From Neoechinorhynchus agilis (taxonomy: Eukaryota; Animalia; Acanthocephala): 64,000 nt of DNA. The notes beneath the pieces were generated by a model, which was given only the letters and a program-made list of their open reading frames with translations, did no database searches and had not been told where the DNA came from. Made by a program: the position numbers and the translations under genes. Position 1 is the first letter of the stretch; each line of letters opens with the position of its first letter. Positions 26,092-38,920 of this stretch are shown in pieces. The DNA lies in the NCBI GenBank assembly GCA_051530055.1, contig CM121343.1, forward strand, positions 652,389 to 716,388, given 5' to 3'.

Positions 26092-27170
26092 GAAACGATG
26101 CATAGAGACCAACACCGCCATCATCACTCCCTAACACATACGCGTCCAACCTTCCCTTGGATTCCCTAAATCCTCTATAATTTAAAAAAACTCGTTAAAC
26201 GCGAAGATCCTGTAAAACATTAGGTTCTTTACCACAGGATTACTTAATACATCATCGTTAACCAAAAAGTGTGATTGGTCGGTGTCGGGAAAAAGAGTCT
26301 AAAGTGTCTGAAGTGGCCTCATGTTCAAAAGTAGCAAGGGCAAATTGATATTTTCTATTATAAAATTAAAGTCTAAGATGTGCATAGATTTAATTTTTTT
26401 AATTCTCTGTGAGAAAAAGAGTATCCAATTAAAAAAGAAACAATCGATGATCTGGCACGAATGGGCGTTTTTAAGAAATCCCACGTTTCTATTCTAGAAA
26501 GACGTCGGTCCAATGCCTTCTACATCCAATTAATAAACGTAATTGACTGCACACAAACTTACAATATGCGAACCGAATAGATTTCTGAAGAGTTTCTCCA
26601 GATTCAGCGCTCATGGATCAATTTATTTTCGTTAAAAACCAAAAGATCTGAACATCTCTAATAAAAGATTAGGATAAATTCAGGGTTGTTCGAGTAGCAG
26701 TGCAAACATTATGAAACCGTCGTCCCAGCCTTCTACTTACACTATCCAACCAATTGTTATATCGAGATATTGGAAGATATGGAAACATTTAAGAATGCGG
26801 AGAACGGTAGTGATTCCAAAGACGGACAATGCCATTCGAGAACAATGAAAAATCAGAGGTGAGTTTCTTACAAATGCATTATTTTTCGTCCTTCACAAGA
26901 TTGACTTTCTAATTGTTTTCTGGCGGTTTTCGACACAATTTTGTTCAAAACGCGTTCATAAGATTGTGCCTCGCCAAACCCAATCGGATTCAATAAATTT
27001 TTCTACTCACCAGAAAATAAACTTATTTATGAACAGTTTAATATTCAAACAAAGTATATTCGATAAAATTTATTGAAGTGACGCCACTGCTTTCCTAAAG
27101 GATTTCCACAACCGTTTCCATGGAGAACGCCGTCAATATAAATTCTCACTACAATGTGTGATTAGCGAAG

Positions 27171-27942
27171 ATGGTAGATGAAAAAGGAGTTAAGGTATCG
27201 CCAGAGAACGAAGATGGTGGCAATGATGATATTTTTGACTTTTTATTTACTGAGGAAATGTCTGACGAAGAACAATCGAGTAAGGATGTTAAAGAAAATA
27301 TCGAGATTTCAACTAAGAAACCAACGATATTTAGATTTGAAACAGTTGATTACACCAAGGTATTTTCGGTGATCGACGTGCCACCTCAATGGCAAATGTT
27401 TTTTTTATTTCGCAAGAAACATGTTAGGGGACTGAGAAACGTTTTTAATCGCTACGATGAGGATGGAGACGGTCTTATTGATCCGACGGATCTAATGGAA
27501 ATTCTTAAAGCAAATGTTCATAAAATCATCACTCTGATTTCACGAATATTGCTCTCTAGCGGCTGGGATAACGGTGAATCAATACGAATTGGTTATAGCG
27601 AGGCATGCAATTTCTCCTTTAACAGACGAAAAAATTAGATTTTTAGAATTTCTAAAATTGATACTGGTCACTCTTAACGAATTAACGAGAGAGGAGCACG
27701 TCGAAGATGATTTTGAGTTCCTATGCGACGACGTTGCTCTTTGGTGTGGTCGAACATCGGAAAACTTAGCAGTTAAGCATTTCGAAAAAATGGCCAAACT
27801 TGTGAAGGTTGATCTACACATTGATAAAATCCCGTATTTGATTAAACTATCAAAGATGCAAGATCCCAAAGGTCTTACAAAGGAACAATTTTGCAAGCTC
27901 AGTCGGAATGGAAGAGTATTCTTTAGTCCTCGAAGAATTTGA
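27171..27942 (+). CDS. Centrin/calmodulin-like EF-hand protein with an acidic N-terminal extension; one splice junction near 27510-27560 unresolved
   Basis: Canonical EF loop DEDGDGLIDPTDL; downstream frame IRFLEFLKLIL...EEHVEDDFEFL...SENLAVKHFEKMAK...EQFCKL follows a 4-EF calmodulin/centrin spacing with degenerate loops. Confidence 0.7.
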
Positions 27943-28145
27943 GTTTTGTAACAACCATTTGAATGAGTAAACAAGGCAAAAATCGTAACGTTCCGGTGGC
28001 ACGGACTGGTTTTCCAATCATCGATTACGTCCTTTTTTAGGACATAAATGAAAAAGCTTTAAAAACATCTCCGATTTTAGAGGTTTTTAGACTACTCAGC
28101 GAAAGTGAAAAAATCGATCGATTGGCATCGACGGCGGCACCGCCT

Positions 28146-28556
28146 CTATTCGGATTTTATTTTAACTGCAGTGGAGCTACCGTTTTCATTGAGCTCCCCT
28201 TTGACCTCACGAAGGAAGTTCAATTTATCCATGTTATCCTTTTTTTCGTCATCGCTCATCTTTCCAGCGACTTCAATTGCCTCATCGACAAATTTGACCA
28301 AGTGATGATAGCATGCGACACGGGTTTGATCGTTTTCTGCCATAATCCGATTTGCATATCTGAGCTTTGCCATCAACTCTTCCTTCTCGTCCTGTGACGT
28401 CGCACCATCATCCACTTGCAGTTTAAGAACCTTCACTTGCTCCTTGGCATCCTCAAGACCGTCAACGTGACTGTTGTACTCCTTAACAAGACGGCCGACG
28501 CATTTATAGACACCTGAGAACGAACACGATTGTCTTGCCATTGGACGATCTTCCAA
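28146..28556 (-). CDS. Small helical protein, possibly a divergent tubulin-folding cofactor A (TBCA-like)
   Basis: RQSCSFSGVYKCVGRLVKEY resembles the TBCA N-terminus (RQ.KIKTGVVKRLVKE); size and helical charge pattern are compatible. Assignment is tentative. Confidence 0.45.
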   Translation of the reverse strand: MEDRPMARQSCSFSGVYKCVGRLVKEYNSHVDGLEDAKEQVKVLKLQVDDGATSQDEKEELMAKLRYANRIMAENDQTRVACYHHLVKFVDEAIEVAGKMSDDEKKDNMDKLNFLREVKGELNENGSSTAVKIKSE

Positions 28557-28856
28557 AATAGAGAAATACTTGACCGCTGCAAAATTATGGCATTCTTTCG
28601 TATTCTTAGCATTATGGCGCCAAAATTACGTGATGAAAGGACTAATTAGAAACGTGATTGGCTGCGTGATTTCATTTGCGCTTTTATCAAGGCCGTTGGA
28701 GCCGGATTTTTCTCGAAGCAGGAAATTTATCGAATTGAGGGTGTAAAACATTTTTTAGAATGTCGGTAAGTTTTTACTGGCAAGCCGGTTCTATTGATTC
28801 GGATTTAGCACTTCCATTCCTCGGCTTTTTAGTTTTTCTTTTTTTGGCATGAAGCG

Positions 28857-29002
28857 GGGACGCAATACCTTGTTGAAAGGAAGAGGAAACTCACTGATGA
28901 GTCCCGTTTCCTCAGGAGGTATCTGAGGATCCGGAAGGTTGGCTTTATGTCTAAAAAACGGAAAACTAAAAAGCCGAGGAAGGGATATGCTAAACCTGAA
29001 TG
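28857..29002 (+). repeat. Copy of the hammerhead-like repeat (GAAA core mutated to GCAA) followed by ATG 28947 and MSKKRKTKKPRKGYAKPE
   Basis: gggac-GCAA-tacctt ... gaggaaac-tca-CTGATGA-gtccc-gtttcctc-ag-gaggta-TC-tgag; aligns without gaps to 42325-42395. Confidence 0.85.
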
Positions 29003-29317
29003 TGAAGAGGTACCGATTAGAAGAAGTGTTATTTGGAAGTCTTCACTAGATAAAGTATTTATTAAAGACGTTCTGCGAACCACGTCGAATTGATGATGAA
29101 CCGGACGATGTTCGCGGAACGTCTTTAACAAACAAAATACTAACATTTTTGTTCTCCCTCCCAAAAAAGGCCAAACACCACAGCGATCCCGATTCTCCGA
29201 TATTTTAATTGGTTATCCGGATCGCTTGCTAATGCAGGTTTTGAGGTTGTATTGGAGTTAATGAAACAGCATTTGAACAAAAAGTCTTAAAAAACGAGTC
29301 TCCCATCTCGCTAAACC

Positions 29318-30608
29318 TTACGTTTTACTCATAAATTGTTGAATCAGTCTCTTGTGAGCAATTTGCATGGCCGCACGGCATTTTGCTTGATAATTTATAA
29401 CACAGAATCCATCTTCACGGTCGCATGTTTCAGGTTCCATTCCATCATTGGCATGTACGATCTTTTGAACGCTATCTAAATCGATATCGATCAGTAAATA
29501 GAATAATGAGTTAGTGGGTGGTAATTCATTTGCTTTGAACTTGTATCTCAGCTCGCTATAAAACTCGGGTGAGTTTTCCTTCACATTGATCAATGAGTAG
29601 GTATCAGGTCTTCGACTTCTATAATGAACCGGGATGATTTGTTTGGGTGCAACGCTCTCAGGAAACGTAGTCCTGTAATTCACTATTTGATAGTGTTTGG
29701 CTTTCGGCGTACTCCTCGGATCAAACCCAAAACGAATCCAAGCTCTCGCCCATGGTCCATCTTGAAAAGTATAAGCAACATGTAGCAACGCTTCTCGTAA
29801 AATCCACTCATGAATTCTAGTCTTTACTAAAAGACTGACTCTTGACCAAATTGGACGTTCCTCAAAAATAGTAAGCAGAAGATTAATCGTCCGAACAATA
29901 GTATCGGTCATGTTTTGATCCAAAATATTCTGAGATGGACCGGTTGGAACTTCTGGATCATTAAATCTAACCGATCGGGATCGAAATGCTCGTGCTTCGC
30001 GTTTATAGGCTAACAAACCTGAACTTGAACCTCGACACGATTCGAAACTGTACTCAAATGGTTTTGAAAATCGAGAAAACACCGATGGGATGCTGAACAG
30101 AGCGACAATGGAGATGGCCATTAAAATGATACCCTTGCCATCTAACATTGCTTTATTTTTAAAGCTCCCCACCATCCTTACGCAAACTCAAAGCAGCTTC
30201 GTTCACTTGTGAAAAGTCGCAAATGTCACGTAGATCGCTGGTAACAACACCATTGGTGGTCTGAAATGCCAAATATTGGAAATCAATAAGCGCCCGATAG
30301 ACATAGGAGGCCTCTACGGATCCAATAATCGTGACTTTGGTCCGCCGCTTGTCTCCTTGATCGGAATTCGTCGAGAAATTTAAAACATAACAAGCATTCC
30401 GAGATTCTCGAACCAAAGGAGCACCTCTTATAAGTGCATTCGATGGAGTCAAGTTCATTTGAATCTCTGATGAGTCATTTCGAACGCATGTTATCATTCG
30501 TTCTAGTCCACCCAAACACCGGAATGCTTCATTGATATTCTCAATGATAAATGGGCAATGTACAGCGACAATCTTCCGCTGAGGTTTCAACACTTCGACA
30601 CTCTCCAT
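29318..30608 (-). CDS. GTF3C5: TFIIIC subunit 5 (Tau95/TFC1); 2 exons joined by a 40-bp intron near 30143-30182
   Basis: N-terminal VAVHCPFIIEN...LGG...DFQYL and FEERPIWSR...AYTFQDGPWARAWIRFGFDPR match Tau95; gtaagg...gttag intron restores the frame. Confidence 0.9.
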
Positions 30609-30829
30609 TTTACCATGATCAGGAATCGAACTACAGCCCAAACGCTCGATGGAGCTTTCTTTCGTAGTCGAAACCGATGATTTTGCTCAGTCGATAGATT
30701 GTCGACTGACTACTCAAACGCATGCTCGCAGTTGATCTTCTAAAGGAGTAAAACTCCGAAATATCGGTCCAAAATAAGCATTGGTTCTTAATCGCGGAAA
30801 TCGCTTGAATAAAATGTGGCAGTTGAAGA

Positions 30830-32010
30830 ATGGTGTCGGCAGGCAGACGGTAACCATGTTCTCGTGAATGGCCTCAGACAGTCGATCTGAGACAGACCTC
30901 TAGTCGCGAGAACTCTCTACTTTCAGGTTCTCGCGATGGGGTCGTCCGAGTTAAATTGCTGGCAGTTTCGACACGAGAATCGGGGGCGTGCTTAGGGGCT
31001 GTTCCTCTGGCATCTGTCGCAATGTCCCTAAGACTTGGTCTCCCGAGTGGGTCTTTGGTTGATGCTTTCGGGCGACGCGGTCTCATTTGCCGAAAGTCAG
31101 GAGGAAGAATCTCACGCCATTATGAGAACGGCAAATTTCCCCAACATCTTGGAACCTGCCCATCTTTGTCGACTAGGCGGTCGTCGACACGCACGCTCAA
31201 TGGACGTCACTGTTCGGGCAGGTCGTTCCAACGGAAACAAACTCCCAAAAACGTTGGACAGCCTTGCTCCACACTGCGTATTATCAGCAGCTTCTCAACT
31301 CATGTTCATCTCCCACCGATAGAGCTCGTCTCCTGGCAGTCTCAGCTCCACACTCCAGCGACTTCTTGAAGGCTTTCCCGGTCACAGCTGTTGGCACGAG
31401 GCTGGATGGCCAAGCCATCACCGTCGTTGTGGGACTTCGGTTGAGCATCGAATTCTCAGGCTCATATACATGTCGGTGCGGTGAGACAGTGAATAGGTCG
31501 GGAACTCACGACCTTGACTGCAAGCGTTCAAATGCTCGCCATGCACGGCACTCAGCAGTCGACCGCATAATCAAGGAAGCGCTATCAATGGCCGGTTTTT
31601 CCGCTCGACTCGAACCAGTCGGACTCTCCCGGAACGACGGTAAACGCCCTGATCTCCTCCCATGGTGCTCCGGGAAAATACTGGTTTGGGATTTTACCTG
31701 CCCCAACACGCTCGCAGCATCCCACTTACGAGATGCCACCTAAAAAGCGGGAGCAGTCGCCAGCTTCAGCGAGGAAAAGAAGCGGCATAAGTACTCCTCG
31801 CTCGATGGGCATCAATATATGTTCATTCCGATTGCGGTGGAAACACTGAGATGCCTCGGAAAAGAAGCCGATTATTACCTCTCCCGACTGGGAAAGATGC
31901 TAAAACATGCCACCGGCGATATGCGCTCCAGTAGATTCCTGGTGCAACGAATCAGCGCGGCAATGCCGCGGCCATCAAGGAAGCTACCGAACAATCATAA
32001 CGTATGAGTC
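30830..32010 (+). mobile_element. Two juxtaposed 5'-truncated CRE-like RLE retrotransposon fragments
   Basis: Second fragment: DRARLLAVSAPHS, CRCG..V...G.HDLDCKRS..RHARH zinc knuckle, LEPVGLSRNDGKRPD, PWCSGKILVWDFTCPNTLA, EEKKRHKY, FIPIAVET, TGDMRSSRFLVQRIS, RGNAAAI. First fragment: LLAVSTRESGA...LRLGLP...GLICRKSGGRISRH...LEPAHL. Confidence 0.9.
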
Positions 32011-32621
32011 TGTAAAAAAAATGCGGATTTGATGAGGATATTTAAATAATCTTTTTTCAAAGATAAAAAAGGATAAAAGTTTCAACGTTATGCAGAAAGA
32101 GGGGATTATTTAGTTGAGTGGTGCAGATGCACGAGGAAAGGACGAATTATCAGTCTCAAATTTTGAAGCAAATCAATAGAATATTGATGGTTAAAGATCG
32201 AGAAAAGATTATGGTCAACTAAGATGACGAATTATCTGAAATAATAGAGATTAAAGCAGGCAATGGCCAAGGCAGGAATTAAGAGTCTGAGATCCATCAG
32301 AAACCTTCTTTAGGTGGTCATTGAATGAAGATGGAACCCAAACAGGACACTAAATTCCAATAAACTTTTATTTATGAATATATAATCATATGAAAAATTA
32401 TAAGCTATTGCAATTAATAAGCGCCATCAATTATGCGATCGAGCGCGTTCATGTATTTCAATTGATGTCTTAAACAAAATGTGATAAAAATGATTTAATC
32501 CAACACGTTTGGCAACAACAACAACAAGCCAGATTCATAAATAACCTTTTCTATAGATTCTGAAGAAACAATCTACAAATAAGATATATTTAGAATATTC
32601 TTGTAAAGTTATAATGGCCAG

Positions 32622-32690
32622 ATAATAATAACACGTTTTATTTATTGATTAACGGAAAAGAGGACCCATGTTCCTTTGGTCCTCCAGTTG
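32622..32690 (-). mobile_element. LINE/SINE 3' tail copy
   Basis: Minus strand ggaggaccaaaggaacatgggtcctc...aataaataaaacgtgttattattat. Confidence 0.65.
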
Positions 32691-32784
32691 AACAGGCCCT
32701 TAATTATGGGTTCTAGGAGGCTTCGATTTGATCGATTCTTGAACCAAAAACGCATTCACTTTCCCTACCAGCGATTATTGTCTA

Positions 32785-34045
32785 TAATAAAGTAAAAATT
32801 ACGTGATTCTATTTTAATTTTACCTTTTTAACCACTTTCCTCTCCCGAATGTTATTTGATATCTGTAGTCGAGCTTGAAAAACTGGATAAATGACATTGA
32901 GTATTCGGTTATCCGAAACCGATCTCGTATGCGAATGGTTTCCGATCTAAATTAATTCGAGGAAATAAACGACTCGTTCTTCTGTCCAAATCGAACGCCT
33001 GGGATTTTAACGCAGTGGAACGTCGATTATCCGGATCAGAATGCTGTCCTACTAAATTTCCGTTACTGGAAGAGAATCTTGCAGGGAAAAAACGAAGGTG
33101 CACCATCGTACACAGAAAAATAAGTGAATATTTTCAATAATAAAATTAAAATTACGTGATTCTACTTTAATTTTGCCTTTATTAACCACTCCTTCACCCG
33201 ACTGTTATTTGATATCTGTAGTCGAGCTCGAAAAACTGGACAAATGACATTGTGGTTTCGGTTATCCGAAACCGACCTCGTATCCGAATGGTGTCCGATA
33301 TAAATTAATTGGAGGAAATAAATGACTCGTTCTTCTGTCCAAATCGAACGCCTGGGATTTTAATGCAGATGAACGTCGATTATCCGGATCAGAATGCTGT
33401 CCTGCTCAATTTCTGTTACTAGAAGAGAATCTTACAGCGAAAAAACGAAGGTGCACCATCGTACACAGAAAAATAAGTGATTATTTCCAATAATAAAGTA
33501 AAAATTACGTGATTCTACTTTAATTTTGCCTTTATTAACCACTCCTCCCCCCGACTGCTATGTGATATCTGTAGCCAAGATTTAAAAACTGGATAAATCA
33601 CATTGAGTATTCGGTTATCCGAAACCGATCTCGTATCCGAATGGTGTCCGATCTAAATTAATTCGAGGGAATAAAAGACTCGTTCTTCTATCCAAATCGA
33701 ACGCCTGGGATTTTAATGCAGTGGAACGTCGATTATCCGGATCAAAATGCTGTTCTACTCAATTTCCGTTACTAGAAGAGAATCTTGCAGCGAAAAAACG
33801 AAGGTGTACAATCGTATACAGAAAAACAAGTGATTATTTTCAAAAATGGAGTAAAAATTACGTGATTCTACCTAATTTTTACCCTTTTTTAAACAACTTC
33901 ACCCTCCCGACTGTTATTTGATACCCGTAGCCGAGATTTAGAAACTGGGTAAATGACATTGTGGTTTCGGTTATCCGAAACCAATCTCGTATCCGAATGG
34001 TGTCCTTTCCAAATTAATTCGAGGAAATAAATGACTGGTTCTACT
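32785..34045. repeat. 353-bp satellite, array 1 (about 3.6 monomers)
   Basis: cggttatccgaaacc recurs at 32906, 33259, 33612, 33968. Confidence 0.95.
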
Positions 34046-34594
34046 GTAGTTCAAATATTCTGGATACGAAAATCTGAAGATTGAATTGTTCATGTTTGCA
34101 ACTTGCGTAAAAAAATTAAAATGATTTATTGGTTCCAATATTTCGGCACAATCTTGTAAGCGCTTATCAAAGTTCTTTTCGGAGGCATTAGAACCAATAA
34201 ATCCTTTTAATGATTACGCCAGATAGGAAGATCTTTTTCAATAAATAATTTTTTTTATTATAGGTGCATAGAGCTTAATACCTTTTATTCGGAGTGAAAA
34301 GAATAAACTGCTTTTTTGTCGCTGTATTCAAAAATGTAAGAGGCACTTAGACTTAAGGGCGTCCTTAGCGCCAAAAGATTCCAGGAATTATGCATTGAAA
34401 AGTGCCAAGGTCTTGATTGGTGCTCGTTCCGCCATTAATGGTTTCGTGAGGACAAAAAAGATGTTGTACAAATTTATCATTAGTCAAATATCTCTGAAGC
34501 AAGGTCAATAATATCTTTAGTAAACGAAAAAAATTTTTACAGAAAAACCTTTTTTTTTGGCTCATGAATTTTTATACTTCCAATTCAGATGATC

Positions 34595-34700
34595 AACGCT
34601 CCCATTCATCGGCGCTGGGCAAAATGCTGGCCGCATTGCCCCGCAATGCTTATTTTTTGCGCCAAGAACGAAGTCGATCTTGGCTCTCTTCGTTTGGCGG
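34595..34700 (-). mobile_element. Short 3' fragment of CRE-like RLE retrotransposon
   Basis: Minus strand PRSTSFLAQKISIA / GNAASILPS with a small deletion. Confidence 0.65.
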
Positions 34701-36257
34701 TTTATTGATTTAAAGTTTTAGTGTTTTCATGTTTAAGATCGTTTCAAAAGCTGGTGATATATTCAGGTTGGTTAAATTAAAGGAATTTGTTATTAAAAAA
34801 AGGGTGTTTTTTTCACTATTTAGAAAAGAAAGATCCATTTTTTTGTGAGATTGAGTATTAAGTTGTGTATAGTCAGTTTGAAAAGCGTTAAAAAATTTAA
34901 GATATAATTAGTGAATAATGATTACATGTTTAGGAGCATTTTTTCTAACTCTAGGACTTTGTGCATCCGGGCTAACGAAGTCGATAAACACAACCGGCAA
35001 ACCACTAACGATTAGGGTGTGAAATGAGGCGCCGGTTACTGCTTTAGTGACTCCTCTTATGGCACTAGTGAGATTGTGGCACTAGACGGCAATTTAGCAG
35101 GCATGATTGAAACATTTAGAAAGTGCAAGGATAATAAAGGTCGGCGGCACTCTTTATTGGTGACAGTGGCGCTCTAACCCAGAATATAGGTGGTACTCCA
35201 AACACACACATCAATGTATGTTGCACATTTAATGACGGACGAGAGCGAGAGTCTACAATAAAATCAATTTTCATTATTTCCACTCTTGCGTGGACAATTG
35301 CATCCGTGTGTTCTCGGTCAAGAAACCCGAATCCCTTTCGTACCTTGTTTTAGCAGTAAAAAAAGTATCTCGTTACCTTTTTCCTAAAATCATTAAGACT
35401 TTAACTGCAGTCTATATTTAGGTTTCCTTCTCACATGCCAACAAAAGATCTTATCTTGATAAAACTCAGATAAAGTAAGATTCCATGGCTCTTTACGAGC
35501 AACCTGAATTTCTTCGATTTCTGTGGAATGCACGATCGTTACTTTAAAAGATAGCTCGCCATTGCTTCATTAAATTTAAAATATTCTTAATGAAGACACC
35601 TCAATTGTACCACTGAATCAAAATTTACCAATACTTCAAAAAATTTGCATGACATGCGCTACCTGTCCTCACATAATGGCGCTGTCTTTGAATGTCTGGG
35701 TGGAAAGCATAATTGATAAGAGTATTGGTTTGAGCCGATTCTGGTCACTCTTATGGCTCCCATCATATGATCGGTTGTCGGAGTGTCAAAAGTACAGACA
35801 TTTTTAGCCATATCATCCTCGTGGCCCTAATCCGAAAACAACAACCTTTTTTGTCGTCGTCGTTGTTGTTGTGATTATCAATATTCGATTTTTGAGCGAA
35901 TCGCATCCAAATGCTTTAGTAACCAAATGTTTTTAGATAAAAATGGACGAACAAAAAAGACCCTTAAATGTTCCATAAAGGTAACCTACACTTATTCATA
36001 TTAATCTTTGAACTTCTATAGGTATTAGACTCAACGGAGACGGCCCTTTGACGCTTTATCCTTTGAGAATACCTTCTGGTCTAGACTACGGGTTGTTGCT
36101 TTTCCTCCTTATACATATGCATGATGTCCCCCTCCAACCCTTATTCTACAATAGACTCCGGCAAATTCGTCGTTGAGGTTTTTCACACTCCTTTTGACTC
36201 CCATATTCATTTTCCACTTCTTCGTTTTTTGTTTAAACGTTGAATTATTCATAAATA

Positions 36258-36430
36258 GATTGTTTTTCCGCGAAGAAATTGGATTTTATTTGAGAATCCG
36301 ATTGTTTTCGGCAGGAACAATCTTGTGAACGCGTTTTAATCAAAGTTGTTTAAAAAACGTACAAGCCTGTTAATGCCGAAAATAATCGGATTCTCAAATA
36401 AAATCAAAAATTTCTTCGCTGAAAACAATC
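36258..36430. repeat. Fold-back: about 56-bp inverted repeat whose right arm begins the adjacent satellite
   Basis: 36258-36313 is the reverse complement (few mismatches) of 36374-36430, with a 60-bp spacer. Confidence 0.88.
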
Positions 36431-37520
36431 CTTTTTTTTCGAGGGGGGGGTCATCATTATTAGGCGCCTCAATCGTATTTACACAATTAAAAAGTTAACC
36501 TTGATCAAAAGGCGTATTGTTCCTCTTGAAAACAATGGGATTCTCAAATAAAATCAAAAATTTCTTCGCTAAAAAACAATCCTTTTTACGAGGGGGGGGT
36601 CATCATTATTAGACGCCTCAATCGTATTTACACAATTAAAAAGTTAACCTTGATCAAAAGGCGTATTGGTCCTCTTGAAAACAATGGGATTCTCAAATAA
36701 AATCAAAAATTTCTTCGCTAAAAAACAATCCTTTTTTTTCGAGGGGGGGTCATCATTATTAGACGCCTCAATCGTATTTACACAATTAAAAAGTTAACCT
36801 TGATCAAAAGGCGTATTGGTCCTCTTCAAAAAAACAATGGGATTCTCAAATAAAATCAAAAATTTCTTCGCTAAAAACAATCCTCTTTTCGAGGGGGGGG
36901 TCATCATTATTAGACGCCACAATCGTATTTACACAATTAAAAAGTTAACCTTGATCAAAAGGCGTATTGTTCCTCTTGAAAACAATGGGATTCTCAAATA
37001 AAATCAAAAATTTCTTCGCTAAAAACAATCCTTTTTTTTCGAGGGGGGTCATCATTATTAGACGCCTCAATCGTATTTACACAATTAAAAAGTTAACCTT
37101 GATCAAAAGGCGTATTGTTCCTCTTGAAAACAATGGGATTCTCAAATAAAATCAAAAATTTCTTCGCTAAAAACAATCCTTTTTTTTCGAGGGGGGGGTC
37201 ATCATTATTAGACGCCTCAATCGTATTTACACAATTAAAAAGTTAACCTTGATCAAAAGGCGTATTGTTCCTCTTGAAAACAATGGGATTCTCAAATAAA
37301 ATCAAAAATTTCTTCGCTAAAAACAATCCTTTTTTTTCGAGGGGGGTCATCATTATTAGACGCCTCAATCGTATTTACACAATTAAAAAGTTAACCTTGA
37401 TCAAAAGGCGTATTGGTCCTCTTGAAAACAATGGGATTCTCAAATAAAATCAAAAATTTCATCGCTAGAAAACAATCTCTTTTTTCGGGGTCATCATTAT
37501 ACGCCTCAATCGTATTTACA
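36374..37520. repeat. About 149-bp satellite, about 8 monomers, with variable T and G homopolymers
   Basis: attctcaaataaaatcaaaaatt recurs about every 148-152 bp from about 36390 to about 37436. Confidence 0.96.
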
Positions 37521-38920
37521 CAATGGCAAATGGAACGTAAAATAAGCAATTTGTAAGCGAAATAATTGGAGGTCATTTTCCCCAGTGCTATAATTGTGCT
37601 TTCTTGGAGCATGAAATCTCTTCACCTGACCAATTCCTTTATTATCATATCGGTCATTGGATTTGTGTTATTTGGAGTTTTATGCTAAACGAGATGACAT
37701 AATTACTACATTGTTGTTTAGAAGACTGTTGAAATTCATAGTTTCTCTTTCTAAGCTCAATCTGTGATAAATAATTGATAACGATTATTCATTGGACTGT
37801 CACATTTCCCATCCAGCGGGTTTTTTCACCAATGCAGACATTCTTAACCGATTTGTTTGTGTACTAAATACAATCGTCGATTTCTGCTCTTCCACACGTA
37901 TTTATCGTTATTAAAGCGCAAGGAACATCCATTAGAACAGTGTGACATGGAACATTAACAAGAGGCATTAAGTTGATATTGATCATAAGCCACGATTATA
38001 GGTTACTTCGTCTATGGCCCCATCGGCGCTTCTAGTGCTCAAAAAGTTGGGTTTTTTTGGACCGAACGAAGGGGTTATGGGTGCGCGCACGCCGAAACCC
38101 AAAAATTAATTCATCCTTTCCAATTAGCAGCACATCGTGGAATCATTCACCGGACCGGAAACGGCTGAAAGGGTTGGGGTATAAATGGCGAAAAGAAGGA
38201 TTTGGACGTTTGCTTCTTGATGGAATTTTAAGGAGCCGCTTACACTAGTCCACTTGAAATCCTTAAGGAAGCGTAAACAAAATTTGTTTCGAGACTAAAA
38301 GTGGCTAGTGCCTCCGCGTTAGTGTGCTAAAAACCAGTTGGGTAATCTATTTTCCGTCCCATTTTCCCCTCCTTCCCAAGCCGTGTTCACCTTCTTAGAT
38401 AAAAAAAAATGGACTCGATTACAACCACCCTCAAGTCCGAACTGAACGCCATTATGGCTTAAAGCTTTGGTTGCAAATTAATGATCGACAATGCAATCCA
38501 TGCATCAGATGGAGCAGTTCCCCTCGTACTCTCAGATCGCTTTTAGTAATAGTTTCTGAATCAAAGGGCGGACAGTCATTTGTGTCTGTGTCTCACGCTG
38601 TTTGCAAAGCACACTGAAAAGTGTTAGTAGTGGTTATCTATTCCACATTGGCCACGATCTTTAGAGGTCTTTTTGTCCACCCGGTCCATTCTACTCATAT
38701 CTAGATGCCACCACCACCGCTCATCTGCTCGGCTGAATCGTCCGGACGATTGTGGTGATGCCTTTGGCTGATGCTCATCTACCACTACCACTACCACCAC
38801 CACCACCACTACTACTACTCTACATTCTAATGTCCAACGCCAATACTAAACACTACAAAATCAGCAATCAACTCAAAACAACCACTATCATCTACCATCA
38901 TCATCATCGTCGGCACTCGA

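Noticed and set aside
36816-37447. Repeated 60-aa ORFs (MFLLKTMGFSNK...)
   Set aside because: By-products of the 149-bp satellite; frames shift with homopolymer length. The same applies to ORFs in the 353-bp and 154/130-bp arrays.
36374-37520. CRISPR-like array (also considered for the other tandem arrays)
   Set aside because: Whole monomers repeat; there are no unique spacers and no cas genes, and the context is eukaryotic.
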